Made by a program: the position numbers and the translations under genes
Source of the DNA: Pirellulales bacterium
GTDB taxonomy: Bacteria > Planctomycetota > Planctomycetia > Pirellulales > PALSA-1355
DNA: 64,000 nt
NCBI GenBank assembly: GCA_963733035.1
Contig: CAVTBU010000005.1
Coordinates: 1,888,001-1,952,000 of the forward strand
Direction: 5' to 3'
Notes under the pieces: generated by a model
Seen by the model: only the letters and a program-made list of their open reading frames with translations
Databases searched by the model: none
Told to the model about the DNA's origin: nothing
Part shown: piece after piece, positions 29,942 to 39,355 of the stretch
Numbering within the stretch: the stretch's first letter is position 1
How the letters are laid out: the number at the start of each line of letters is the position of its first letter

Positions 29942-32266
29942 ATGCCCGCTCAAACTTGCCTTTATCGTCTTGGATCTCGGCTCATGCCTCGGCCTGTTTG
30001 TTATCTCATCGTGCAAGTGGTCGCACTGTGCTGCGCGACCGACGTGCTTGCAGACGAGACCAGCGGTCCGCAGGCAGATTCGATTTCTCAATTCCGCGGC
30101 CAGGTTGCGCCACTGGTAGTGAAATACTGCGGCGACTGCCACACAGGAGAAGAGCCGACCGGCGGTTTGCAGTTTGACAAGCCTCTGGCTCGCGTGGACG
30201 TGGCCGGTGATCGTCAGACGTGGGAGAAGATCACGCGTAAATTGCACGACGGCGAAATGCCTCCCGAGGACCAGCCGCAGCTTGAGCCAAATGAGCGGGA
30301 ACAGATCACGGCCTGGATTGACGCGCAGTTGGCCCAGTTCGGCTGTGGCGACGAGCGTGATCCCGGACGCGTAACGATTCGGCGGCTGAACCGCAATGAA
30401 TACAACAATACGATTCGCGACCTATTGGGCGTCGACTTCCATCCGGCCGATGACTTCCCGTCGGACGACGTCGGCTACGGTTTCGACAATATTGGCGACG
30501 TGCTTTCGATGCCGCCAATTCTGTTGGAAAAGTATCTGGCCGCCGCCGAGGCGATTTCGGCCCGCGTGCTGGGCACCGATCTGGCCAACCTGGTGACCAA
30601 TGAAATCAACGGCGGCCAGATTGTTGACGGCGGCGCCCGAATCGTCAGCAGCAGCGAAATTGAAGTAAATACCAAGATTCGTATGTTCGGCACCGGCGTC
30701 TACATGTTTCGCGTCCGCGCTTGGGGCGACCAGGCGGGCGACGAACCGGTGCGGATGGCCGTCTACCTCGACAAGAAGCTGGTCCGCCGCTTTGACGTGC
30801 GGGCGGTCGACGGCCAGAGACAAACCTACGAGGGGTGGCTGACGACGCGTGGCGGCCGACACACCGTCGAGGTGGTGTTTGAAAACGACTACTACCAGCC
30901 CGAGCAGCCGGAACCCAACGACCGCAACTTGTACATCGAGCATCTCGAAGTGATGGGGCCGTATCCTGCGAACTTCCAGCAGGTGATTCCACGCGAGCAC
31001 ACACCGGAGGACAAGCTGCTATTGGCGCGCGAGATTATCAGCCGCGTGATGCGCAGGGCGTTTCGACGTCCGGTCAGCGACGATGAGATCAACCGCGTGC
31101 TGAAACTAGTGGAGATGGCCGATCGCGAAGGCGAGAACTTCAACGTTTCTATTGGGCTGGGACTGCAGGCAATGCTCGTATCGCCTTATTTCCTGTTTCG
31201 CGTCGAGCTCGACCCCGAGCCAAACAATCCCGACGCGATCCGCACGCTCAACGACTTTGAACTGGCCACGCGTTTGAGTTATTTCCTATGGAGCACCATG
31301 CCCGACGAGGAACTGTTCGCGCTCGCCCGTTTGGGCACGCTTCGGCAGGGCGACAATCTGGAGTGTCAGGTGCGGCGGATGTTGGCCGACAACAAGGCCC
31401 AGGTCCTGGTCGAAAACTTTGCCGGCCAATGGTTGCAGCTTCGCAACCTGGAGATTGTGGCCCCCGACAAAGGGAAGTATCCCGGTTTCGACGAAGCACT
31501 GCGACGGGCGATGCGGCAAGAGACGGAGCTGTTTTTCGCCGCCATCATGCGCGATGACCGGAGCGTGCTCGATTTCATCAACGCCGACTTTTCCTACGTC
31601 AACGAGCGGCTGGCAGAGCACTACGGGATTGCAGACGTCAAGGGCGAGGAGTTCCGCCGCGTCGAGCTTGATCCGGCGCAGCGCGGCGGTGTACTCACGC
31701 AGGCCAGCGTGTTGACGGTAACTTCGAATCCGACCCGCACGTCGCCCGTGAAGCGCGGCAAATGGGTGCTGGAGAATCTGTTTGGCACGCCGCCGCCACC
31801 GCCACCGCCCGACGTGCCAGAACTCAAGGAAGAGGCGGCATTGACCGGCTCACTCCGTGAACGCATGGAACAACACCGGTCCAATCCGGCCTGTGCCGTC
31901 TGTCACAGTCGCATGGACCCGCTGGGCTTCGGCCTGGAGAACTACGACGGCATTGGCGGCTGGCGGACCAAGGACGGGCAGTTCGACATCGACCCCTCGG
32001 GCAAACTGCCCGGTGGCGAATCATTTGCCGGGCCACGCGAATTGAAATCGATTTTGCTGGCCAGACAAGACGATTTTATTCGTTGCCTGTCCGAAAAAAT
32101 GCTGACTTATGGCCTGGGACGCGGGGTCGAGTATAGTGATCGATGTACCGTTGAAGACATCGTCCGGGCCGTAAAAGAGAACGACTTCAAGTTTTCGAGT
32201 TTGATCCTCGCGATCGTTGACAGCGACGCATTTCAAAAACGGCGCGGAAAAAGGAGCGATCCATGA
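29942..32266 (+). CDS. Planctomycete cytochrome c / DUF1587-1595-1592-1588-1585 protein with an inserted CBM-like domain
   Basis: CGDCH and CAVCH heme motifs, RRLNRNEYNNTIRDL, LATRLSYFLW, TSPVKRGKW, DPLGFGLENYD. Start may be 29984. Confidence 0.9.
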   Translation: MPAQTCLYRLGSRLMPRPVCYLIVQVVALCCATDVLADETSGPQADSISQFRGQVAPLVVKYCGDCHTGEEPTGGLQFDKPLARVDVAGDRQTWEKITRKLHDGEMPPEDQPQLEPNEREQITAWIDAQLAQFGCGDERDPGRVTIRRLNRNEYNNTIRDLLGVDFHPADDFPSDDVGYGFDNIGDVLSMPPILLEKYLAAAEAISARVLGTDLANLVTNEINGGQIVDGGARIVSSSEIEVNTKIRMFGTGVYMFRVRAWGDQAGDEPVRMAVYLDKKLVRRFDVRAVDGQRQTYEGWLTTRGGRHTVEVVFENDYYQPEQPEPNDRNLYIEHLEVMGPYPANFQQVIPREHTPEDKLLLAREIISRVMRRAFRRPVSDDEINRVLKLVEMADREGENFNVSIGLGLQAMLVSPYFLFRVELDPEPNNPDAIRTLNDFELATRLSYFLWSTMPDEELFALARLGTLRQGDNLECQVRRMLADNKAQVLVENFAGQWLQLRNLEIVAPDKGKYPGFDEALRRAMRQETELFFAAIMRDDRSVLDFINADFSYVNERLAEHYGIADVKGEEFRRVELDPAQRGGVLTQASVLTVTSNPTRTSPVKRGKWVLENLFGTPPPPPPPDVPELKEEAALTGSLRERMEQHRSNPACAVCHSRMDPLGFGLENYDGIGGWRTKDGQFDIDPSGKLPGGESFAGPRELKSILLARQDDFIRCLSEKMLTYGLGRGVEYSDRCTVEDIVRAVKENDFKFSSLILAIVDSDAFQKRRGKRSDP

Positions 32267-33594
32267 CGAATAGCTGGCAGCTATCGCGACGCACGATGCT
32301 ACGAGGGATGGGAACGGCAATCGCGCTACCGCTGCTGGATGCCATGGCTCCGGCGCTGGCCCTGGCCGGCGAGCATAAAAGGGTTCCCACCCGGATGGCA
32401 TTCGTCTATGTGCCCAACGGTAAGCACATGCCCGATTGGACGCCCGCGGCCGAAGGCGATGATTGGCAGCTGCCCTACATCATGGAACCCCTTGCGGGCG
32501 TGAAAGACCGGCTGCTCGTGCTAACCGGTTTGGCGCAAGATCACGCCCGACCTCACGGCGACGGCCCCGGCGATCATGCGCGGGCACTGGCCGCCTTCTT
32601 GACAGGCACGCAACCGCGGAAGACACACGGTGCCGACATCAAGGCCGGCGTTTCGGTCGACCAGGTTGCCGCGCGGCGTGTCGGCCAGCGGACGAAGTTC
32701 GCCTCGCTCGAATATGGTTGCGATCCCGGCGCACAGGCCGGCAACTGCGACTCGGGCTATAGCTGCTCGTACTCGACCAACATTTCCTGGCGCACCGATA
32801 CGACGCCGCAGGCCAAGGAGATCGATCCGAAATTGGCCTTCGAGCGACTGTTCTCGAACGGACGGGGGCCAGCCGGCTCGCGGCGCGAGGTCTTCCGTCG
32901 CAGCGTGCTCGACTACGTGCTCGAAGACGCGCACGATCTGAAGGCCCGGCTGGGAATCAAGGACCAGCGGAAGCTCGACGAGTATTTGACCTCGGTGCGC
33001 GAACTCGAACGCCGCGTCAACGGCGCCGCGGACAATTCGGACGCTCCGCCGCCGGAGTTTCCAGTGCCAGATGGTATTCCCGAAGACTATGCCGAACACA
33101 TCCGGCTGATGTACGACCTGTTGGCGTTGGCATTTCAGGGAGACCTGACGCGCGTGGCGACGTTTGTCGTGGCCAACGAGGGGAGCAATCGCTCGTACAA
33201 GTTTATCGACATTCCCGATGGGCACCACGACCTGTCGCATCACGGCGGCGACAAAGAAAAGCAAATGAAGATCCGCGAGATTAACCGCTTTCACGTGACG
33301 CAATTGGCCCGCTTCCTGGAGAAGCTCAAGGGCATCAACGAAGCGGATCGCACGCTGCTCGACAACTCGATGATCCTCTACGGCAGCGGGATCGGCGACG
33401 GCAACCGACACAATCACGACGATCTGCCGATCCTGTTGGCCGGTCGTGGCGGCGACACGATCAAATCAAATCGCCACGTCCGCTTCGGGCAGGAGACACC
33501 GCTGAATAACCTCTATTTGTCGATGCTCGATCGAATGGAATCGTCGGTTGACGAACTTGGAGATAGCAAAGGGCGGCTCGACAGCCTGACCTAA
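32263..33594 (+). CDS. DUF1552 family protein with Tat leader
   Basis: LSRRTMLRG, LPLLDAM, YVPNG, CDSGYSCSY, HHDLSHH, LLDNSMILYGS. 4-nt overlap with the DUF1592 gene, the usual pairing. Confidence 0.92.
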   Translation: MTNSWQLSRRTMLRGMGTAIALPLLDAMAPALALAGEHKRVPTRMAFVYVPNGKHMPDWTPAAEGDDWQLPYIMEPLAGVKDRLLVLTGLAQDHARPHGDGPGDHARALAAFLTGTQPRKTHGADIKAGVSVDQVAARRVGQRTKFASLEYGCDPGAQAGNCDSGYSCSYSTNISWRTDTTPQAKEIDPKLAFERLFSNGRGPAGSRREVFRRSVLDYVLEDAHDLKARLGIKDQRKLDEYLTSVRELERRVNGAADNSDAPPPEFPVPDGIPEDYAEHIRLMYDLLALAFQGDLTRVATFVVANEGSNRSYKFIDIPDGHHDLSHHGGDKEKQMKIREINRFHVTQLARFLEKLKGINEADRTLLDNSMILYGSGIGDGNRHNHDDLPILLAGRGGDTIKSNRHVRFGQETPLNNLYLSMLDRMESSVDELGDSKGRLDSLT

Positions 33595-33792
33595 GTTTGA
33601 TCGAGCACCGGGTCACCGCGCGGCAAGGCAGCGGGTAATTGTCGAATGCCGATCCGTGGGGTCGCGTAACATCTACTCGCCGACTGGCTTTTTGAGCCAA
33701 CTTGATTTGTTCGGCGAGTGCCTGGACGTTTGTTCGAACGTCTATTTGTGCGTAAACGGTGCCGCCCAGCCGTGCCGCATCAGGCAAAATCG

Positions 33793-33822
33793 TTGACCTC
33801 CCCCCTGCGCTAGCGGTAGGTT
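33793..33822 (+). promoter_or_regulatory. Possible sigma-70 promoter for the metalloprotease gene
   Basis: TTGACC-N18-TAGGTT about 75 nt before ATG 33898. GTTGACCTCCC occurs at both 33792 and 33820. Confidence 0.3.
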
Positions 33823-33897
33823 GACCTCCCGGCCATTCGGCCACGCATCGTTGACGCGCGTCATTTCCGTTCGATCAGACAGGAAGGGAGGAGTGCG

Positions 33898-36759
33898 ATG
33901 TTACGCTTTGCTCGCTTGCGAATCGGCTCACTTTGTTGTGGATGGATGTTCGCGCTCTCGCTCATTGGCGCGCCGCCGCAGGCCAACGCCGCGGACGAGA
34001 GTGCCGACAAGGCCAAGGCCACCGAAACCAAAAAGGACGAAAAAGCCGAGAAGTCGAAATCGAAATTCCCCGAGTGGAGCACGGTTGTCAAGGACGCCAA
34101 GAAACTGGAGGGCTTATTCCCCCTGTACTATGACGAGAAGGAGGAAAAGCTCCTGATGGAGATCAAAAAGGATCAATACGACAAGGAATTGATCCTGCCG
34201 ATCTCGATTGCCCGCGGAGCCGGCCTGATGTACTTGGGGGGCGACACGCTCAACTTCGGCAACCAATGGGTCGTGACCTTTCAGCGCAAGGCCGACAAGC
34301 TGTTGGTCATTCGCAAGAACGTCAAGGTGACCGCGAAAGACGGTTCGCCGCAGGCCGATTCGGTCAAATTGTCGTATAGCGACAGCGTCATCGCGGCGCT
34401 GCCGATCAAATCCGAGGAGCACGGCGGCCAGAAGGTGCTGATCGATCTGGCCGACCTGCTGATGACCGACCTGGCAAATATCGGCGTCAAGCCCGATCGC
34501 AGTCGCAGCACCTGGGCCAAGGTCAAGGCGTTTCCCGAAAACCTGGAGATCGAAGTCAGTGCCGTGTTCAACATGGCGGGCGGCTTTTACTACTACTTTT
34601 ATGGCGACGACAGCGTCGCCGACCCACGAGGCGCTCAAGTCGTCATCCACTACGGTTTGTCGAAATTGCCCACCAGCGGCTACAAGACGCGACTGGCCGA
34701 CGATCGAGTGGGGCACTTTCTCAGCACGGTGAACGATTTTTCCAGCGATATCGACAATACACCGGCCACCCGGTACGTCACCCGCTGGAACCTGGAAAAG
34801 AGCAACGAGGACGCGGAGAAATCGCCTCCCAAGAAGCCCATCGTGTTCTGGGTCGAGAAAACGGTTCCCCGCGAATATCGTCCTTACGTCCGGGCTGGCA
34901 TTCTGGAGTGGAACAAGGCCTTTGAAAAGCTGGGGTTCATCGAGGCAATTCAGGTTCGCGATCAGACGGAGCTCGACGATTTCGATCCCGAGGACATTCG
35001 CTACAACACGTTCCGCTGGATCACAACCTCGGTGGGCTTTGCCATGGGCCCCTCGCGAACGAATCCGAAAACGGGGCAAATTCTCGACGCCGATATCGTG
35101 TTTGACGAAGGCATGATTCGCTACTGGCGCGGCGAATTCCTGCGGACGCGCGGCATTCCCGAGGCCATGAGCCTGCTCGAACAGGGGCAACGACAGGCGT
35201 TTTACAAGCTGTTCTCGACCTACCTGCCAGAAATGGCCGGGCAGCAAGAACAGATCAATCGCCTGGCCGAGGCATTCAAAGCGGACGTGGCCCATCATCG
35301 GCTCGATGGGCACCACCACAACACGCACGCCTTGGACGGAACTCGACCGCCGGTCGGGTGCGAGTGTTGCATGATGGGGCAAGGGATGCAGCGGCAGATT
35401 GGTCTGATGGCGGCCATGCTGGCTGCTCGCGGCAAGATCGAACCCGGTGGAAAAGTCCCCGAGGAATTCCTGGGGCAGGCGGTCAAGGAAGTCGTGATGC
35501 ACGAAGTGGGGCACACGCTTGGATTGCGCCACAATTTCAAGTCCAGCACGGTCCTCAGCCTGAAAGATGCCAACAATCCGGAAGTCACGCGCAAACACGG
35601 CATGACCGGTTCGGTGATGGACTATGCCCCTGCCAATTTCGCCCCGACGGGCGAAAAACAAGGGGATTACTTCTCCGACACGATCGGTCCCTACGACTAT
35701 TGGGCGATCGAGTACGCCTACAAGCCGGTCAAAGGTGACGAAAAGGAAGAGCTGGCCAAGATTGCGGCCCGGTCTTCGTCTGACGAGTTGACCTATGGAA
35801 CCGACGAAGACATGTGGTTGAACCCCGACCCGCGGATCAACGCCTACGATCTCGGCGATCCGCTGGACTACGCCAGCCAGCGGGTGCGGATGATGAAGGA
35901 GTCGATCGACAAGCTGCAGGATCGCGTCGTCGCCAAGGGAGAGGGTTGGCAACGTGCCCGGCAAGCCTTTTCGATGTTGCTTGGCGAGTTGTCGTCGGCC
36001 GCGTATCTCAGCAGCCAATATGTCGGCGGCCAGTACACTTCACGAGCACACCGCGACGATCCGAACGCCAAGGTTCCGCTGCAAGCAATTCCGGTTGCCA
36101 AGCAGCGCGAGGCCATCAAGCTGCTCAAGGAGGAGATTCTTTCGGACGATGCGTTCAAATTCTCGCCGGAGTTGCTCAAGCGACTGCCGCCCGAACACTT
36201 TTTGGACAATTACTACTTCTTCTCCAGCAGCAACTATCAATTTCCGCTGTATGAAACGGTGCTCTCGATCCAGCGGATCGTGTTGTCGCGGTTCCTGGAC
36301 AGCCAGGTGCTGCGCTCGATTCAGAATGCCGAGCTGCTGGCGGGCGACGGCGAGGATGTGCTGAAGTTGCCCGAGGTGTTTGACGCCTTGACCGACTCGA
36401 TCTGGACCGAGTTGCCGGCGGCTGATGCCGGGGGAGATGAGAAGGCGAAAGTGGCCGTCTCAACGATCCGCCGCAATCTGCAGCGCGAGCATGTGAAGCG
36501 GTTGAGCGATATCGTGCTCGGTCCGCGGAACGATATGTACAGCTACTACAACTTCATCTTTTACAACTATTCGCAACCAGCTCCGCCCGATGCGCGGGCC
36601 TTGGCGCGGCATCACTTGAAGGCGATTGATGCGCGGATTTCCGTGGCACTCGATGCCAACAAGGCGGAGCCGGACGCCTACAGCCGGGCGCATCTCGAGC
36701 AGTTGCACGACCAGATCGCCAAGGTGCTGGCGGCCGAATTGAAGATGAACGAGCCGTAA
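33898..36759 (+). CDS. Exported zinc-dependent metalloprotease (DUF5117/DUF5118/DUF4953 architecture)
   Basis: Signal peptide, RLADDRVGHF, GILEWNKAFE, NPKTGQILDADI, HEVGHTLGLRHNF, Met-turn SVMDY, GPYDYWAIEYAY. Confidence 0.9.
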   Translation: MLRFARLRIGSLCCGWMFALSLIGAPPQANAADESADKAKATETKKDEKAEKSKSKFPEWSTVVKDAKKLEGLFPLYYDEKEEKLLMEIKKDQYDKELILPISIARGAGLMYLGGDTLNFGNQWVVTFQRKADKLLVIRKNVKVTAKDGSPQADSVKLSYSDSVIAALPIKSEEHGGQKVLIDLADLLMTDLANIGVKPDRSRSTWAKVKAFPENLEIEVSAVFNMAGGFYYYFYGDDSVADPRGAQVVIHYGLSKLPTSGYKTRLADDRVGHFLSTVNDFSSDIDNTPATRYVTRWNLEKSNEDAEKSPPKKPIVFWVEKTVPREYRPYVRAGILEWNKAFEKLGFIEAIQVRDQTELDDFDPEDIRYNTFRWITTSVGFAMGPSRTNPKTGQILDADIVFDEGMIRYWRGEFLRTRGIPEAMSLLEQGQRQAFYKLFSTYLPEMAGQQEQINRLAEAFKADVAHHRLDGHHHNTHALDGTRPPVGCECCMMGQGMQRQIGLMAAMLAARGKIEPGGKVPEEFLGQAVKEVVMHEVGHTLGLRHNFKSSTVLSLKDANNPEVTRKHGMTGSVMDYAPANFAPTGEKQGDYFSDTIGPYDYWAIEYAYKPVKGDEKEELAKIAARSSSDELTYGTDEDMWLNPDPRINAYDLGDPLDYASQRVRMMKESIDKLQDRVVAKGEGWQRARQAFSMLLGELSSAAYLSSQYVGGQYTSRAHRDDPNAKVPLQAIPVAKQREAIKLLKEEILSDDAFKFSPELLKRLPPEHFLDNYYFFSSSNYQFPLYETVLSIQRIVLSRFLDSQVLRSIQNAELLAGDGEDVLKLPEVFDALTDSIWTELPAADAGGDEKAKVAVSTIRRNLQREHVKRLSDIVLGPRNDMYSYYNFIFYNYSQPAPPDARALARHHLKAIDARISVALDANKAEPDAYSRAHLEQLHDQIAKVLAAELKMNEP

Positions 36760-36841
36760 GCCACGGATGCGGCGCCAGCGCGTCGTTGCACATTTGCTCT
36801 GACGCCAAAGAGACGTAAATTTCCCGCGCCGAGGGCCTTTT

Positions 36842-36857
36842 TGGCACGCAGTGTGCT
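36842..36857 (+). promoter_or_regulatory. Sigma-54 (-24/-12) promoter upstream of the MNIO precursor gene
   Basis: TGGCACGCAGTGTGCT against consensus TGGCACG-N4-TTGCW: exact GG-N10-GC spacing with one mismatch, intergenic and correctly oriented. Confidence 0.65.
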
Positions 36858-36977
36858 AAATGCGAGGTTGGCACGGGAGAGAAACTAATGGTACGTTAAC
36901 CTGGGGCGAATGCGGGGGCCTTGCGGACCGCGCAGCGTCAGAACTACAACGGGAACTTTCAACCACAGGACTTGGCG

Positions 36978-37427
36978 ATGGAAAACTCGGGAGTCAACCG
37001 GCGTGATTTTCAGCGCTTGACGGCGGCGGCCGTGGGGGGATTGTTGGCGGGCGCGTCGCTCGGCAAAACAACCTTGGGCGCGGACGACAAAGTGCCCAAG
37101 AAGGACAAGAGCAAGAATCCCATCCTCGGCGAGCCGCACGTCTGCCGCGGCATCAACATGTGCAAAGGTCTGGGCGCCACAAAGGACAACGCTTGCGCCG
37201 GACAAGGCGCTTGCGCGACGGCCAAGGCCCACCTTTGCCACTACAAGAACGAATGCCGCGGCCAGGGCGGTTGCGGCGCGAAGCCGGGCGAAAACGAATG
37301 CAAGGGCAAGGGCGAGTGCGGCGTTCCCATGTCGAGTGGAGCCTGGAAGAAGGCCCGCAAGCGCTTCGAAGAGCTGATGAAAAAAGAAGGCAAGGACGTC
37401 GGACCGGCCCCGCCGAAAAAGTCCTGA
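36978..37427 (+). CDS. Cys-rich putative RiPP precursor (bufferin BufA2-like repeats) with twin-arginine leader
   Basis: AGGA RBS, NRRDFQRL plus hydrophobic h-region, 149 aa, 9 Cys, four NxCxGxG motifs. Immediately upstream of DUF692. Confidence 0.85.
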   Translation: MENSGVNRRDFQRLTAAAVGGLLAGASLGKTTLGADDKVPKKDKSKNPILGEPHVCRGINMCKGLGATKDNACAGQGACATAKAHLCHYKNECRGQGGCGAKPGENECKGKGECGVPMSSGAWKKARKRFEELMKKEGKDVGPAPPKKS

Positions 37428-37460
37428 CGGCTCGGGTCCTGGCATTTGACGGAAAACCTG

Positions 37461-37495
37461 CACGGCACGGGCGAGAATGTTTCGCCCGTGCCGTG
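37461..37495 (+). terminator. Strong hairpin between precursor and MNIO gene (partial terminator or mRNA stabiliser)
   Basis: CACGGCACGGGCGA-gaatgtt-TCGCCCGTGCCGTG: perfect 14-bp stem with only a weak U tail (TGCTTCATT). Confidence 0.65.
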
Positions 37496-37520
37496 TGCTT
37501 CATTACTACGGGGCGAACGG

Positions 37521-38453
37521 ATGACGGTACCCGCGCGACTGGGTCATGCAAACCTGGGGCTGGGGGTGGGCCTGCGCAGCGTGCACTTCCCCTACATTCT
37601 CGAACATCGACCGCAAGTCGACTGGTTCGAGGTCATCTCGGAAAACTTCATGGACTCGGCTGGCCGGGCGCGCTACGTGCTCGATCAAATCGCCGAGCGC
37701 TACCCCACCGTGATGCACGGGGTGTCGCTGTCGATCGGCAGCACGGACCCGTTGGATTTCGAGTATCTGCGAAAGCTCAAGCGGCTGGCTGATGAGATCA
37801 AGCCGCGTTGGATTTCAGATCATCTCTGCTGGACCGGCGTGCTGGGCCTGAATGCCCACGATCTGCTGCCGCTGCCGCTTAACGACGAAACGCTGCGGCA
37901 TGTAATTTCCCGCGTGGGCATCGTGCAGGACTACCTCGAACGGCCACTGGTTTTGGAGAATCCCAGCACGTACGTGACCTTCGCCGGCTCGACCCTCAAT
38001 GAATGGGAGTTTCTGGCCAAGTTGGCCGAGGAGACCGAGTGCGGACTGCTGCTCGACGTGAACAACGTGTACGTTTCGAGCGTCAACCACGACTACGACC
38101 CGCGCGAGTACATCGAGAACGTGCCGCGGGAACGGGTGGTGCAGTTCCATCTGGCCGGGCACACCGACTGCCGTACGCACATCATCGACACGCACGATAA
38201 TCACGTGATCGACCCGGTCTGGGAGCTCTATCGGCTTGCACACCAGCGGACGGGCGGTGCGTCGACGCTGCTGGAATGGGATGCAAGGATCCCGGAATTT
38301 CCCGTGGTGCATGCCGAGGTGCTCAAGGCCCAGCAGTATATGGACGAGCAATTGCCGCACCTGGTCGACCGGGTGGTGCCGCCATCCGACGCCGACGTCG
38401 ATGAGGTCGGCGTGTCCAATCCGATCGCCTACATCGTGCCGGAGGTTCGATGA
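37521..38453 (+). CDS. DUF692 multinuclear non-heme iron-dependent oxidase (MNIO)
   Basis: [67 protein letters not shown]. Confidence 0.95.
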   Translation: MTVPARLGHANLGLGVGLRSVHFPYILEHRPQVDWFEVISENFMDSAGRARYVLDQIAERYPTVMHGVSLSIGSTDPLDFEYLRKLKRLADEIKPRWISDHLCWTGVLGLNAHDLLPLPLNDETLRHVISRVGIVQDYLERPLVLENPSTYVTFAGSTLNEWEFLAKLAEETECGLLLDVNNVYVSSVNHDYDPREYIENVPRERVVQFHLAGHTDCRTHIIDTHDNHVIDPVWELYRLAHQRTGGASTLLEWDARIPEFPVVHAEVLKAQQYMDEQLPHLVDRVVPPSDADVDEVGVSNPIAYIVPEVR

Positions 38454-39355
38454 GCGAATCCAATTCCAATTCGGCGGAGGAGCCCCGCCTGCAGCAAGTG
38501 CAACGCTGGATGCAAAGCATCCTGATGCACCGCGGCGGCGTGGCCGAGGGAGTCGATTCGCCGGAGGCCCGGCAACACATCGACATTCGACTCGATGAAC
38601 TGCCGCGCGTGATTCAGCCATCGCGGGCCCTTTCGAGTGCGGATCGGCTCGAGATCTATGTCAATGCGTACTATGCTCGGCTGCTGGAATGCCTCGACGA
38701 AGAATTCGCCGTGACACGCTGGACGCTTGGCGACGACTTGTTCAGCGCGGTGGCATTCGGCTACCTGCAGAACTACCCGTCGCAAAGCTATACGCTCAAC
38801 CAACTCGGCGCACGTTTTCCACGGTATTTGGCCGAGTCTCGCCTCCACGCGGCGGCGATGCCCGAACACGCGGAACCGACCTGGCCGGACTTCGTGATCG
38901 AACTGGCCACGCTGGAGCGGTCGCTCTACGAAGTCTACGACGGGCCGGGAACGGAGCATGATGGCCCGCTCGACGCAAACCACCTCGCCGAGCTTGCTCC
39001 CGAGGCTTGGGGAGACCTGCGATTGATCGCCGCTCCTTGCCTGCGGCTGCATCGTTTTGACCACGCCGTGAGCGGCTATTGGGGGGCCCAGAAGGACGGC
39101 GCCGAGCCAAGCATGGGCATGCCTCGCCCCAGTTGGTTGGCAATCGGCCGCCGAGATTTTGTCGTCGAGCGGCACGAGCTTACCGAGCCCCAATTCGCGA
39201 TCCTCGAGGCGATTGTTGGTGGCGATCCCTTGGCAAAAGCCATTGCCAACGCCGCGCAACGCGAGGCCGGGGACATCGAGAACCAAATCGGCGGCTGGTT
39301 TGCCGACTGGATGGGGGCCGGTTTCTTCTGTGGCTGTAAATTGTCCGAGGATTGA
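38450..39355 (+). CDS. DUF2063 family MNIO partner protein (putative RiPP recognition / DNA-binding-like)
   Basis: [46 protein letters not shown] overlap with DUF692. Confidence 0.88.
   Translation: MSESNSNSAEEPRLQQVQRWMQSILMHRGGVAEGVDSPEARQHIDIRLDELPRVIQPSRALSSADRLEIYVNAYYARLLECLDEEFAVTRWTLGDDLFSAVAFGYLQNYPSQSYTLNQLGARFPRYLAESRLHAAAMPEHAEPTWPDFVIELATLERSLYEVYDGPGTEHDGPLDANHLAELAPEAWGDLRLIAAPCLRLHRFDHAVSGYWGAQKDGAEPSMGMPRPSWLAIGRRDFVVERHELTEPQFAILEAIVGGDPLAKAIANAAQREAGDIENQIGGWFADWMGAGFFCGCKLSED

Noticed and set aside
33793..33822. CueR/MerR-type operator, attractive given the nearby metallophore-like locus
   Set aside because: The half-sites ACCTCCC and GGTAGGT are 12 nt apart rather than 7, and the -35/-10 spacer is 18 rather than 19 nt
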